Positions 46,590 through 56,330 of a stretch of 64,000 bases of DNA are shown piece after piece (the first letter of the stretch is position 1; every line of letters starts with the position of its first letter). This DNA is from Candidatus Kaiserbacteria bacterium (GTDB taxonomy: Bacteria > Patescibacteriota > Minisyncoccia > Phycocordibacterales > UBA918), in NCBI GenBank assembly GCA_031423775.1, contig JANPGF010000011.1, positions 31,502-95,501 on the forward strand, in the 5' to 3' direction. A program made the translations under genes and the position numbers. The notes under the pieces were generated by a model. That model made no database searches. It was given only the letters and a program-made list of their open reading frames with translations, and was not told the origin of the DNA.

Positions 46590-47708
46590 ATGAAATCAAT
46601 TACAGAATGCCATGACTTGCGAGGGAAGTATGTACTCGTTCGTTCATCATGCAACGTACCTCTGGAGGATGGTGTGGTAAAAAATAATTATCGTCTCAAG
46701 CGGGCGCTTCCAACCTTGAAGTTTTTGCATGAACAAGGAGCTCGCGTGATTGTCATTGCGCATATCGGCCGAGATGAAAAGGATACGTTAAAACCAGTGC
46801 TGGCTGCTTTTCAAATGCTGCTACCTATGACATGGGGAGGTACAATAGGCAGTCCAGAATTTAGTACGGCCCGGGGTAACCTGCAGGACGGTGGCATACT
46901 GATGGTTGAAAATCTCCGCCAAGATGCTCGTGAGGCTGCGAATGATCCAGAATTTGCCGCCCTACTTGCATCGGTTGCCGACATCTATGTAGATGATGCC
47001 TTTGATAATATCCACCGCGACCACGCATCAATGGTGACGGTGCCTACTTTATTGCCCGCGTATGCAGGGATTACACTGATGGAAGAAGTGACGGAATTGC
47101 GTAAAGCGATGGAGCCTGCTACGCCTGCCCTGCTTATCCTCGGCGGCGCAAAGTTTGAAACCAAGATGCCTTTGATTGAAAAGTATCTTGATCTCTATGA
47201 CTACGTATTTGTTGGCGGTGCACTTTTGAATGACATTTTGAAAGCTGAAGGACATGTAGTTGGGCAGTCACTTGTGTCAGATGTTTCAATTGCTGGAGCA
47301 CCTTTTCTCGCGAGTGAAAAGTTGATAGGCGCGATTGATGTGGTGGTCACGAGTGATCGGGGGGTACGTACGGCTAGTATCAATGATGTTAAACCTGATG
47401 AAAAGATTACTGATATTGGTCCAATGACGGTAGCGGCTCTCGCGCCCTATATTGCCAAAGCGGCCACTATATTATGGAATGGACCAGTAGGAATGTACGA
47501 AGCCGGGTCACCAGGCAGCACCCATGCGGTGGCGAAACTGATTGCTGACGCGTCTGCATACAGTATTATTGGCGGAGGAGACACCGTTGCTGCTATCGAG
47601 GAGTTGGGACTGAATGAACAATTTGGCTTTGTGTCGATTGGTGGTGGAGCGATGCTCACTTTACTCGAGCTGGGTACGACACCCGCTCTCGAAGCGCTCG
47701 AGGAATAA
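46590..47708 (+). CDS. pgk: Phosphoglycerate kinase
   Basis: Pgk N- and C-domain motifs (RVDFNVP-like segment, GGGA, GGGD); 372 aa. Confidence 0.9.
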   Translation: MKSITECHDLRGKYVLVRSSCNVPLEDGVVKNNYRLKRALPTLKFLHEQGARVIVIAHIGRDEKDTLKPVLAAFQMLLPMTWGGTIGSPEFSTARGNLQDGGILMVENLRQDAREAANDPEFAALLASVADIYVDDAFDNIHRDHASMVTVPTLLPAYAGITLMEEVTELRKAMEPATPALLILGGAKFETKMPLIEKYLDLYDYVFVGGALLNDILKAEGHVVGQSLVSDVSIAGAPFLASEKLIGAIDVVVTSDRGVRTASINDVKPDEKITDIGPMTVAALAPYIAKAATILWNGPVGMYEAGSPGSTHAVAKLIADASAYSIIGGGDTVAAIEELGLNEQFGFVSIGGGAMLTLLELGTTPALEALEE

Positions 47709-47711
47709 GCA

Positions 47712-47746
47712 ACAAAAAACCTCTCGTTTTACCGAGAGGTTTTTTG
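47712..47746. terminator. Bidirectional terminator
   Basis: Hairpin aacctctcgttttaccgagaggtt flanked by A and T runs. Confidence 0.55.
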
Positions 47747-48160
47747 TTGCGTGAGTGCATCTGTTAGCTGTTGCGCTATCTGAGTCAATAGTTCGTCCGA
47801 AGCTTCGGTGCTTGAGGTGAGTGCCCGGCTCAGATTGTGGTCAGTTTTTGGCATTGGATAGATTTTAATGTGTACATGAGGTACTTCAAAACCTTCAACG
47901 ACAAGGCAGGTACGTTCCGTAGAAAATGCCCGATCTGATGCTTGCGCAATTTTCTTAGCAACAGTAAAAAGGTGTAAATAGGTTTCGTCGTCTAAATTAA
48001 AAGCGTAACTGACTTGTTGTTTTGGAATAACAACTGATTGGCCGTGTATTCCCGGAAATTTATCGAGTATACAAATGCAGTATTCATCCTCGTATATAAC
48101 ATGAGCGGGGATTTCACGGTTGATAATGCGTGTAAAAATAGATGGTGATTCGGTTGTCAT
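47729..48160 (-). CDS. HIT-family (histidine triad) protein
   Basis: Histidine triad HVHIKIYP near the C-terminus. Confidence 0.8.
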   Translation of the reverse strand: MTTESPSIFTRIINREIPAHVIYEDEYCICILDKFPGIHGQSVVIPKQQVSYAFNLDDETYLHLFTVAKKIAQASDRAFSTERTCLVVEGFEVPHVHIKIYPMPKTDHNLSRALTSSTEASDELLTQIAQQLTDALTQQKTSR

Positions 48161-48322
48161 AATAAAAATGATGAGAGCGTGATCAAAAGCGTCAGAGACA
48201 AGGCTTGCGAGAGAGGAAGCACGAGGCGTATGAATATACGATGAGTGTTTCCGAGCGAAGCATAACGCAGTATCTGGCGTTTTTGGACATGCTCTAAATA
48301 TGGTACCATAACGGCACTTAGT

Positions 48323-50014
48323 ATGTCTCTCTCCTTTGCTCCGGCGATTACGGTTGCCGCTAAAACGGAACTCTCGTCATTCGATCTTGATTTACAGCAA
48401 CTACTATTCAGTCGTGGTATTACAACTAAAGTAGCCGCGCAGGAATTTTTGAATCCTGACTACGAAACCCAGCTTCATAGTCCATTGCTCCTTAACGATA
48501 TCGTAAAAGCCACCACCCGCATTAAGGCGGCCATGCAGGCCGTGGAAAAAATTGTGATATTCAGTGATTACGATTGTGATGGTATCCCTGGAGCTGTGGT
48601 TGCGCATGATTTTTTCAAGGCTATAGGATATACGAACTTTGAAAACTATATTCCACACCGGCATTTTGAAGGGTTTGGTTTATCTATCGAAGCGGTTGAG
48701 AAGCTAGCAGCCGGGGGAGCGAAACTAATTATTACTATTGATTGCGGAACGGGAGATGTAGCGTCCGTAGCGAGGGCTAATGAACTCGGTGTTGACGTTA
48801 TTATTACCGATCATCATGAACCGCATGAGACCCTGCCAGCTGCTATTGCGGTCGTAAATCCAAAACTGGGCAATTATCCGTTTCCTCATCTATGCGGCGC
48901 AGCCGTTATGTACAAATTAGTACAAGCGTTGTTACAAACGAGTGACTTCAACGTAGCTCCGGGGCTCGAAAAGTGGTGGTTGGATATGGTGGGTGTTGCG
49001 ACTATTGCTGATATGGTGCCACTGGTAGGTGAAAATCGGGTATTTGCACATTATGGACTGAAGGTCCTCAGGAAATCGCGTCGCCCCGGACTACAGCAGC
49101 TGCTACGTAAAGCTAAAATGAATCAACTGTACCTCACTGAAGAAGATATTGGTTTTACAATTGGTCCTCGTATTAATGCCGCATCACGGATGGACGCGCC
49201 AGAGCATGCTTTTCAACTTTTGACCGCAACTGATGAAGGTGAAGCGGGTGCGTATGTTGAACGGCTCGAAAAATTAAATAACGAGCGTAAGAGTTCAGTG
49301 GCGCAAATGACCAAGGAATTGCATGTCCGCCTCGGGGAATTGACTGAAATGCCGCCCGTACTCGTGCTCGGTAACCCGCTCTGGCGCCCAGCGCTCGCGG
49401 GGCTGGCTGCGAATAAGTTAGCAGAAGAATACAATCGGCCGGTCTTTCTCTGGGGGCGTGATGGTAATGATTGTATTAAAGGCTCGTGCAGGTCTGGTGG
49501 TGGAGTGAGTGTCGTGCGCCTTATGAATGAAGTGGCGGAGGCATTTTCTGAACATGGCGGTCATCATATGTCAGGCGGCTTTGCGGTGCGTGATGAGCAC
49601 ATTTTTACCTTAAGTGACGCCCTGAATCAAGCGTATGTTACCCTCGGTGCAGAGGCTGTGGTACCAGTTGAACGTTTGATTGATGCAACGCTGTCTCTTG
49701 ATGAGGTGTTTGGTGAGCTGCGACGTACCTTGGCGGCACTAGCTCCATTTGGTGCAGGTAATCCAAAGCCACTGTTTGCTTTTGCCAATGTAATACCACA
49801 TACTGTCGCCCAATTTGGTAAAGTTAAAGAACATATAAAGTTGGAATTCAAAACAAAAAAGGGCCCACTTGAAGCCATTGCATTTTTTGCGACTGTTGCA
49901 GATTTTACGGTTACGCCTGAAGTAGACAAATCCTTCACCGTTCTTGCGCATGTGGAAGATTCATTTTTTATGGGTCGGAGACAGACGAGGTTGCGTATTG
50001 TTGACATTGTGTAA
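48323..50014 (+). CDS. recJ: Single-stranded-DNA-specific exonuclease RecJ
   Basis: DHH motifs (DYDCDGI, ITDHHEP) and DHHA1 region; 563 aa. Confidence 0.85.
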   Translation: MSLSFAPAITVAAKTELSSFDLDLQQLLFSRGITTKVAAQEFLNPDYETQLHSPLLLNDIVKATTRIKAAMQAVEKIVIFSDYDCDGIPGAVVAHDFFKAIGYTNFENYIPHRHFEGFGLSIEAVEKLAAGGAKLIITIDCGTGDVASVARANELGVDVIITDHHEPHETLPAAIAVVNPKLGNYPFPHLCGAAVMYKLVQALLQTSDFNVAPGLEKWWLDMVGVATIADMVPLVGENRVFAHYGLKVLRKSRRPGLQQLLRKAKMNQLYLTEEDIGFTIGPRINAASRMDAPEHAFQLLTATDEGEAGAYVERLEKLNNERKSSVAQMTKELHVRLGELTEMPPVLVLGNPLWRPALAGLAANKLAEEYNRPVFLWGRDGNDCIKGSCRSGGGVSVVRLMNEVAEAFSEHGGHHMSGGFAVRDEHIFTLSDALNQAYVTLGAEAVVPVERLIDATLSLDEVFGELRRTLAALAPFGAGNPKPLFAFANVIPHTVAQFGKVKEHIKLEFKTKKGPLEAIAFFATVADFTVTPEVDKSFTVLAHVEDSFFMGRRQTRLRIVDIV

Positions 50015-50058
50015 ATTCCCTCTATGCTGAGGGGTAGCGCAATTATGGAGAGAAATTC

Positions 50059-50259
50059 ATGCGTACGCCAGTCCCCGCCACTGCCAAGTTGGTGCCACGT
50101 GAACTGTTACGCCGGTGTCCAAAATGTGGTCGCTACGTAAAAGTTGGCGGTCCGTTCAGTGGCAAGTATGTGATTCAAGCGCATGCTTTTGAAACGAATG
50201 GAACCGTCATGTGTTCCGGATATAACATGCAAATCCCTGCAACCCCCGCGTCGTCCTAA
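50059..50259 (+). CDS. Small zinc-ribbon-like hypothetical protein
   Basis: RBS GGAGAG upstream. CPKCG ... C pattern. Confidence 0.4.
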   Translation: MRTPVPATAKLVPRELLRRCPKCGRYVKVGGPFSGKYVIQAHAFETNGTVMCSGYNMQIPATPASS

Positions 50260-50301
50260 ATCAGGGCGGCGCGTTACTATTTATGCTATAGTCAATTTAT
50301 T

Positions 50302-50724
50302 ATGAAAACCGTCATTTGTTATACCGGCGGCAAAGCTCAGAGTAATCCCGGGCCTGCGGCTGTTGGCGTCTATATTACTGATGACTCGGGCGCCATGATG
50401 AGTGAAATGGCAGAAACAATTGGAAATAGTACCGATACGTTTGCTCATTATCAAGCGGTCTACGTTGGTCTCCAGGCACTGAAGTCTCTTCTCGGCATAG
50501 AGGGGATGACTACTGCCATTGAAATGCGTCTTTCAAGTGAACTCGTAAAATCACAACTGAATGCAGAGTCTCCCATCAAAGAGCCGGGATTTGTGCCACT
50601 ATTTATTGAAATCCATAATATGCAGGTCGAGAGTTTTCCGCACCTCACATTTACCTTGGTGCCACACAAAGAAAATGGCGAAGTAGAACGGTTGTTGAAC
50701 GAAGCGCTCGGTACAATAGAATAA
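50302..50724 (+). CDS. RNase H-like domain protein (apparently degenerate RNase HI fold)
   Basis: N-terminal VICYTGGKAQSNPGPAAVGVYI resembles the RNase HI IFTDGSCLGNPGPGGYG segment, but the catalytic Asp position is Gly. Later conserved acidic positions also appear substituted. This is judged from memory of the RNase HI alignment. Confidence 0.45.
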   Translation: MKTVICYTGGKAQSNPGPAAVGVYITDDSGAMMSEMAETIGNSTDTFAHYQAVYVGLQALKSLLGIEGMTTAIEMRLSSELVKSQLNAESPIKEPGFVPLFIEIHNMQVESFPHLTFTLVPHKENGEVERLLNEALGTIE

Positions 50725-50836
50725 GTTAGGTATGAATCGGAGTCACCACTTGCAAGCTTGTGGGTTGTGTTTCTGGTTGAATAACTAGCCTTGACGATTT
50801 ACAGGGCTTTGTTATGCTCTATTTCACCTCAGTCAG

Positions 50837-51172
50837 ATGGCTGAGGAAACAGGGAGGCGTACACACGTGTGCATCAAGAACCACTTGGCTGAGCAGATAA
50901 GGCAACACGAAGCCTTGGACGCAAGTATCCGTCTGCTGCAGATGTGCCCAGGGCATGATTCGCTTGAAGTCGCAGTACTCAAAAAAAAGAAGCTGCTGCT
51001 GAAGGAGAACATTGGTCGCCTCATGAACCCGGCTCGGGCAACTGCACCGAAGGTGAAGAAAGCGACTACGAAGAAATCCAAAAAGAACAAAAAGGTTCAA
51101 GCGCCCGCTCCGGTCGCACACCTCGTTCCCGCACCCAACGCTCAATCTGATTTTGGCAAAAAAGCGGCGTAA
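50837..51172 (+). CDS. DUF465/YdcH-like protein with a Lys-rich C-terminal tail
   Basis: HLAEQIRQHEALDASI ... VLKKKKLLLKENI matches the DUF465 pattern. Confidence 0.5.
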   Translation: MAEETGRRTHVCIKNHLAEQIRQHEALDASIRLLQMCPGHDSLEVAVLKKKKLLLKENIGRLMNPARATAPKVKKATTKKSKKNKKVQAPAPVAHLVPAPNAQSDFGKKAA

Positions 51173-51178
51173 CGCAAA

Positions 51179-52906
51179 TTGATCTCAGGCAATCGCCTGC
51201 TGTCACCACTGCCCATCCACATGTTGGATGCGGCAGTTTTTTATTTTGGAGGGGTGAGAGTCTGGTACACTTATGGCATGTCTGGTGTATTTTTTTATAC
51301 GCTACTACTCAGTTTTACGAGCGGGATTTTTCTCCGCTCGTTTTTTGTACTCGACGGTATTGTAGTAATCTGGCTCCTCCTTATTACTGTGGGGCTGGCG
51401 TTGTGGTGGTATAAAAAGCGAACTCAATCAACATCGGTTTTTGTCGGAATCGTAGCGCTCGGTATCTTTGGCATAGCACTTGGTATTGGCCGCTATATAT
51501 TTGCCGTACAACACACCCCGGCAGCCTTGCTCTTATCTGATGTTGGGTCTGTACATACGTATACCGGGCAGATTGTCCAAGAACCCGAGAGTGCAGCGAA
51601 TAGTACCAATCAAGTGGTACAAATTGGACAGGAAAGAATAGTAGCAAAAGTTGACCGTCATACACTCGTGCATTATGGAGACACTGTTTCAGTTACTGGT
51701 TCACTTGCTGTACCTGAACCTTTCATGACAGATTTTGGTCGTACCTTCGATTATCCTGGGTACTTGAGAGCTAAAGGTGTTGGGTACACAATGTCGTTTG
51801 CACGTATTACGGTGATTGATACCACAACAGGGAATCCAGCGCTGCGTTTTCTGTTTCGTGTAAAAGCTCGTTTTATTGAGGCACTCGAAGATATTCTTCC
51901 GGAACCTTATGTTGGATTAGGTAAAGGCTTACTTTTGGGTGTGAATCATGCACTCGGAAGTGAGCTCGAAGATATTTTTAGACGAGCAGGCATCATACAT
52001 ATTGTGGTACTGTCTGGATATAACATTCTTTTGGTGGTCCAGTTTGTATTACTCATTCTTGCGCGTCTGTTACCGCTGCGAGCTCGTGCGATTGTTGGTA
52101 TTGCGGCTATCGTTTGTTTTGCCTTGATTGTCGGACTCGGTGCTTCAGTGGTACGAGCCAGCATCATGGCGGCTCTCAGTCTCGTCGCTTTACTATTTGG
52201 TCGGAAGTATGCGGTCATCCGAGCTCTTTTTTTAGCAGGCGCAGTAATGCTTATTGTGAATCCTTATATACTGACCAATGATATTGGTTTCCAGCTGTCG
52301 TTTATGGCAACGTTTGGACTGCTCTTTGTTGCACCACACCTCAAGTGGTTGGTGACTTGGATGCCAGAAAAGTTTGGTTTCCAGGAGTTTCTTTTAGCAA
52401 CTATTTCTACTCAAATTGCCGTGTTACCAATTCTCCTCTACAACATGGGGCAGTTCTCGATTATTTCACTGATGGTAAATGTGCTTGTGTTGCCAGTTGT
52501 ATCGTTCGCCATGCTGCTAACGTTTCTTACTGGTCTGATCGCGCTCATTTCGCACAGTCTCGCATTCCCACTGTCCTTTGGAGCATACATTGTATTGGCA
52601 TACATCATTACTATCGCTACTAGGTTTGCTGCTCTCCCCTTTGCGGTAGTGAATGTGCCATTTTTTCCTTGGTATGCTGTGTTTGTTTCATACCTACTTT
52701 TAGGGGCTTGGTTATATGTCCGTATTCACCGATCAGCTGCAGTGACTCCGCAAACTATCGACCTCTCATCTATCGCTAATTGGACTGTTATTGAAGAAAT
52801 TAATAATCCCAAACAAACAAAAACTGGACAAGCGAGTATCGCTAGTCCAGTTTCTGTTGATTCTCCTGCTGCCGCATCTGTAGATACTCCGATTTTTTTC
52901 CGCTGA
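51179..52906 (+). CDS. comEC: ComEC/Rec2 competence channel, N-terminal and Competence-domain part (no MBL domain)
   Basis: Polytopic membrane protein with DUF4131-like and Competence-domain regions; 575 aa. Confidence 0.75.
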   Translation: MISGNRLLSPLPIHMLDAAVFYFGGVRVWYTYGMSGVFFYTLLLSFTSGIFLRSFFVLDGIVVIWLLLITVGLALWWYKKRTQSTSVFVGIVALGIFGIALGIGRYIFAVQHTPAALLLSDVGSVHTYTGQIVQEPESAANSTNQVVQIGQERIVAKVDRHTLVHYGDTVSVTGSLAVPEPFMTDFGRTFDYPGYLRAKGVGYTMSFARITVIDTTTGNPALRFLFRVKARFIEALEDILPEPYVGLGKGLLLGVNHALGSELEDIFRRAGIIHIVVLSGYNILLVVQFVLLILARLLPLRARAIVGIAAIVCFALIVGLGASVVRASIMAALSLVALLFGRKYAVIRALFLAGAVMLIVNPYILTNDIGFQLSFMATFGLLFVAPHLKWLVTWMPEKFGFQEFLLATISTQIAVLPILLYNMGQFSIISLMVNVLVLPVVSFAMLLTFLTGLIALISHSLAFPLSFGAYIVLAYIITIATRFAALPFAVVNVPFFPWYAVFVSYLLLGAWLYVRIHRSAAVTPQTIDLSSIANWTVIEEINNPKQTKTGQASIASPVSVDSPAAASVDTPIFFR

Positions 52907-52907
52907 G

Positions 52908-53486
52908 CTAGACGAGGCGTCCTGATACTACCTCCCAGTTCAAGTTAGCAAAGAAAGCCTCGATGTACTTTTTCTTGTCTGCCGGGAGATAGTCACGCAT
53001 ATATGAGTGTTCCCACATATCAAGCGCAAGCACGATGTCGAGGTCAGCCAGTTGCCCGATATGTTGTTCGTCGACCCAGGTGAGTACGAGTTGGTCAGTG
53101 TGGGGATCGTGGTACATCATGGCCCAACCAATACCGCGTGTCATAGCAATGGCGGTAAAGCGCTGTTGCCAGATTTCAATACTACCCCAGGTTGCAACGA
53201 TTTTTTCATTGAGGGTGCCGGCCGGAAGGGGCTTTGCGCCACCTTCTAACTGTGCAAAGTAGTATTCGTGGTTTCGCATCCCGCCAAACTCAAAGCCTAG
53301 GCGGCGCTGCATTTCACTAATGGCGTAGCCGTTCGCCTCGAGGTCATGACTGTATGAAGCGATTTTATCGTTTATCAGATTGACGTGTTTGACGTATCCC
53401 GCATACAGACCGAGGTGCAGATCGATTGATTCGCGACTAATACCGGTGAGTTCTGGAATATCAAACGTTAATGGTTCGTAGTTCAT
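52908..53486 (-). CDS. sodA: Fe/Mn superoxide dismutase
   Basis: DMWEHSYMRDY signature near the C-terminus, Fe/Mn SOD length. The start is taken at MNYEPL. Confidence 0.75.
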   Translation of the reverse strand: MNYEPLTFDIPELTGISRESIDLHLGLYAGYVKHVNLINDKIASYSHDLEANGYAISEMQRRLGFEFGGMRNHEYYFAQLEGGAKPLPAGTLNEKIVATWGSIEIWQQRFTAIAMTRGIGWAMMYHDPHTDQLVLTWVDEQHIGQLADLDIVLALDMWEHSYMRDYLPADKKKYIEAFFANLNWEVVSGRLV

Positions 53487-53567
53487 GTGTATACAGGTTA
53501 CTGTGAATAATGGGTACTTTACTAGTATAGCAAATTTCAACGAAAGCTCCGTAGTATACTGTCACTA

Positions 53568-54434
53568 ATGTACTGTAGTTTTCGTTATCGGTTGGGTGTG
53601 CTACTCGTCGTTTGTGCGACCGGCGTCGTGGCGTGGCTTACACCACTTTGGTCAACTGGTTCAGCTACACAATCATATATTACGGTGACGTTCCTTAATA
53701 TTGGACAGGGTGATTCTATTTTGATTGAGACGCCGGATGGAGTCCAGGCCTTGATTGACGGTGGTCCTGATACTAAAGTGCTTGGTGAACTCGCCGCATC
53801 ACTCCCCTGGTTTGATCGGACGCTTGATCTCGTCATTGGTACTCATCCAGATAAAGACCATATAGGCGGATTGGTTGATGTACTCAAACAATACAAAGTG
53901 AGTACGATACTCACGACCGAAAATACTGGAGAGACAATGACCTCTGCTAATTTTCGTAAAGCTCTGACGCAAGAAGGGGCAAGTGTCATCATGGCAAGAG
54001 CTGGACAAGTGTATCAATTAGGAGCCAGCACAACGCTCACTATTTTTTCACCAGCCAGTGATCCTAGCATGCTCGAAAGCAATACCGCTTCAATCGTTGC
54101 ACAATTACAGTATGGCGATACACAGTTTATGTTAACCGGTGACGCCCCCTCGAGCGTCGAACGGTATTTAGCTGCAACTTATGGCAGCAAATTAGAATCA
54201 GAAGTGTTGAAGCTCGGTCATCACGGCTCTAAAAATTCTTCCTCAGATGAATTTCTAGCAGCAGTAAATCCAAAATATGCTGTCGTATCTGCCGGCAAAA
54301 ACAATACCTACGGACATCCTTCGCCCGAAACTGTTGCAAGAGTGAAAGATCACAATATCCCAATCGTGAGCACAATCGACGAGGGTCGCATTACTTTTGC
54401 AAGTGATGGGGTATCAGTCTGGCAAGTTAAATAG
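53568..54434 (+). CDS. Metallo-beta-lactamase-fold protein resembling the ComEC C-terminal domain (separate gene)
   Basis: N-terminal TM helix then MBL motifs (LNIGQGDSILIE ... IGTHPDKDHIGG ... LGHHGS). Confidence 0.7.
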   Translation: MYCSFRYRLGVLLVVCATGVVAWLTPLWSTGSATQSYITVTFLNIGQGDSILIETPDGVQALIDGGPDTKVLGELAASLPWFDRTLDLVIGTHPDKDHIGGLVDVLKQYKVSTILTTENTGETMTSANFRKALTQEGASVIMARAGQVYQLGASTTLTIFSPASDPSMLESNTASIVAQLQYGDTQFMLTGDAPSSVERYLAATYGSKLESEVLKLGHHGSKNSSSDEFLAAVNPKYAVVSAGKNNTYGHPSPETVARVKDHNIPIVSTIDEGRITFASDGVSVWQVK

Positions 54435-54475
54435 TTATTCAATAATAAGTTGTAAGAATCAGCGACAAGAGAAAT

Positions 54476-54675
54476 TGGATGCAGTTCCAGGTGAGAAGTG
54501 ACTGAATGTCACTTTGCAAGACTCATTGAGTTACTTTATGAGCGTAGCGAAATAAAGTATCCAATGAGTGGACAGTTCCTGTAAGGAAAGCAAACAAAAT
54601 TTGATGAGCCGTACTTTTGTACGGTGAATCTAATTTTGTGCAGGGCAACAACGAAATGCGCCAATTTCGCTTGTT
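54476..54675 (+). repeat. Dispersed intergenic repeat family R1, copy c (downstream of rpmB)
   Basis: ggatgcagttccagg ... tgagccgtacttttgtacggtgaatctaatttt ... caacaacgaaatgcgccaatttcgcttg. Confidence 0.55.
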
Positions 54676-54683
54676 GATCTAAA

Positions 54684-54712
54684 TAAAAACCGCCCATGTG
54701 GGCGGTTTTTAT
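54684..54712 (-). terminator. Terminator of rpmB
   Basis: Hairpin aaaaccgcccatgtgggcggtttt. Confidence 0.55.
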
Positions 54713-54955
54713 TTAAATGAGTTTCGCTAGTTTGAGAGTGGCGTACGCTCCATTTTTGGCAATAGTGCGGAGACCTTTAGTCGAAACCTTGATAGTTACC
54801 GTCTTATCAAGTTCTGGAACAAAGATTCGCTTCTTTTGGAGGTTCGGTGCCCGCTTGTAAATCCCTGATGGGTTGAATTGGGTGGCACGGACACGGTTAC
54901 TGTATTTACCGCCTGATTGGGTCTTCTTGCCCGTGATTTCGCAGATTTTTGACAT
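54713..54955 (-). CDS. rpmB: 50S ribosomal protein L28
   Basis: MSKICEITGKKTQSGGKYSNRVRATQ ... typical L28 N-terminus; 80 aa. Confidence 0.85.
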   Translation of the reverse strand: MSKICEITGKKTQSGGKYSNRVRATQFNPSGIYKRAPNLQKKRIFVPELDKTVTIKVSTKGLRTIAKNGAYATLKLAKLI

Positions 54956-55021
54956 ATAAAGGTTTTTAGTTCGGCCATACTAACAGTAACCCCTATATTT
55001 TGCAACCCCCAGAGAACCCAC

Positions 55022-55346
55022 TCACTAACCACTCATCTACTTTAAATGAAGAAACGAGTGCGTGAAGAGTGATATTAAATCACTCTTCACCTATTTTGAA
55101 CGTATGTTCCGATTTGCCCCTACCTAGAGCAAATCGCTGGACGGCTGTTTGGGAGTATCTGTTCCAGAACTTTTGCCTAGGAAGGTCGAGCTTTGCATGC
55201 AGAAAATATAGTCGCAAGCTCCTTATTTTCCAGCAAAGTTGGAACTGACCTAATTTTTAGGGAGATCTGTACTCGACCATAAAAATGGAAATGCCCTTGT
55301 GGTGAATCAAAAGCATACTCGCGGGCGCTCGTTGTTTTGTTTATCC
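55022..55346 (+). repeat. Dispersed intergenic repeat family R2, copy B (with an extra insert relative to copy A)
   Basis: Same modules as 43975-44190, including a gtgaagagtgat...atcactcttcac hairpin that is also present inverted at 24360-24400. Confidence 0.6.
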
Positions 55347-55576
55347 GTACGAAAAGTGCGGTTCGAGCTTTCGCTCCAGGTCGCCTTGTTCCTGGTGGAT
55401 TATTGAAAGGCCATCGATATGATGGATTTTCTTAAGTGTACTAAAAAGGTACTAGATACGAGGCGTCGATTTGTGAACGTTTGAGACGTACTGATTTGTA
55501 CGTTGAAAACGTGAACAATGAAGACACCGAAGTAGATGGTGCCTTTTTGGGACACTTTTGTGTATAATGGAAAACT

Positions 55577-56203
55577 ATGGACTACACCCCAATTGCAATG
55601 ATAGTGGCGCTGATTATATCGGTGGTTATTCATGAAATGGCGCATGGGTATATGGCTAACTATCTTGGTGACCCAACAGCTCGGTTACAAGGTCGGTTGT
55701 CGGCAAACCCGCTGGTACATATTGACCCAATGATGTCGGTGATTTTGCCGCTCTTGTTAATCATGACACACTCTCCTTTTATTTTCGGTGCAGCCAAGCC
55801 AGTCCCTTACAATCCCTATAATCTTCGAAATCAAAAATGGGGTGAGGCTCTGGTGGCAATAGCCGGTCCTCTCTCTAATATCGTAGTTGCCATAATTTTT
55901 GCTGTACTCTTTCGATATGTTGACTTCTCAATAACTTTTACAGATTTAGCGTTCAAAATTATTGGACTCAATATTTTTCTGGCTTTGTTTAACTTAGTTC
56001 CATTGCCACCGCTTGATGGTTCAAAAATTCTCCCGAGCCTTCTCCCGTTCCGGTTACGGATTAAATATGAACGCTTTCGATTTGCCATGGAGCAAAATGT
56101 TGCGCTGGCGTTTGGTGTCGTGATTGTTACCTTTATGTTTGTACTTGGAGCGCCACTCGCACATTTGACTGGGGTCATTACCATTCTGCTCGCAGGTCAG
56201 TAA
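55577..56203 (+). CDS. Peptidase M50 (site-2 protease-like) family membrane metalloprotease
   Basis: HEMAH zinc-binding motif in the first TM region. 208 aa multi-TM. Confidence 0.6.
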   Translation: MDYTPIAMIVALIISVVIHEMAHGYMANYLGDPTARLQGRLSANPLVHIDPMMSVILPLLLIMTHSPFIFGAAKPVPYNPYNLRNQKWGEALVAIAGPLSNIVVAIIFAVLFRYVDFSITFTDLAFKIIGLNIFLALFNLVPLPPLDGSKILPSLLPFRLRIKYERFRFAMEQNVALAFGVVIVTFMFVLGAPLAHLTGVITILLAGQ

Positions 56204-56330
56204 CTACCTACTGGTTGTACACAAGTCGCTACACCTTTTTACTGAAAAGGTCGTATACTACTAAGTAATTGGAGGCCGCCTGCAACAGGCGGTCGTTTTG
56301 TTGCGTTATTAAAATTAGTTCTTTCGTTTT

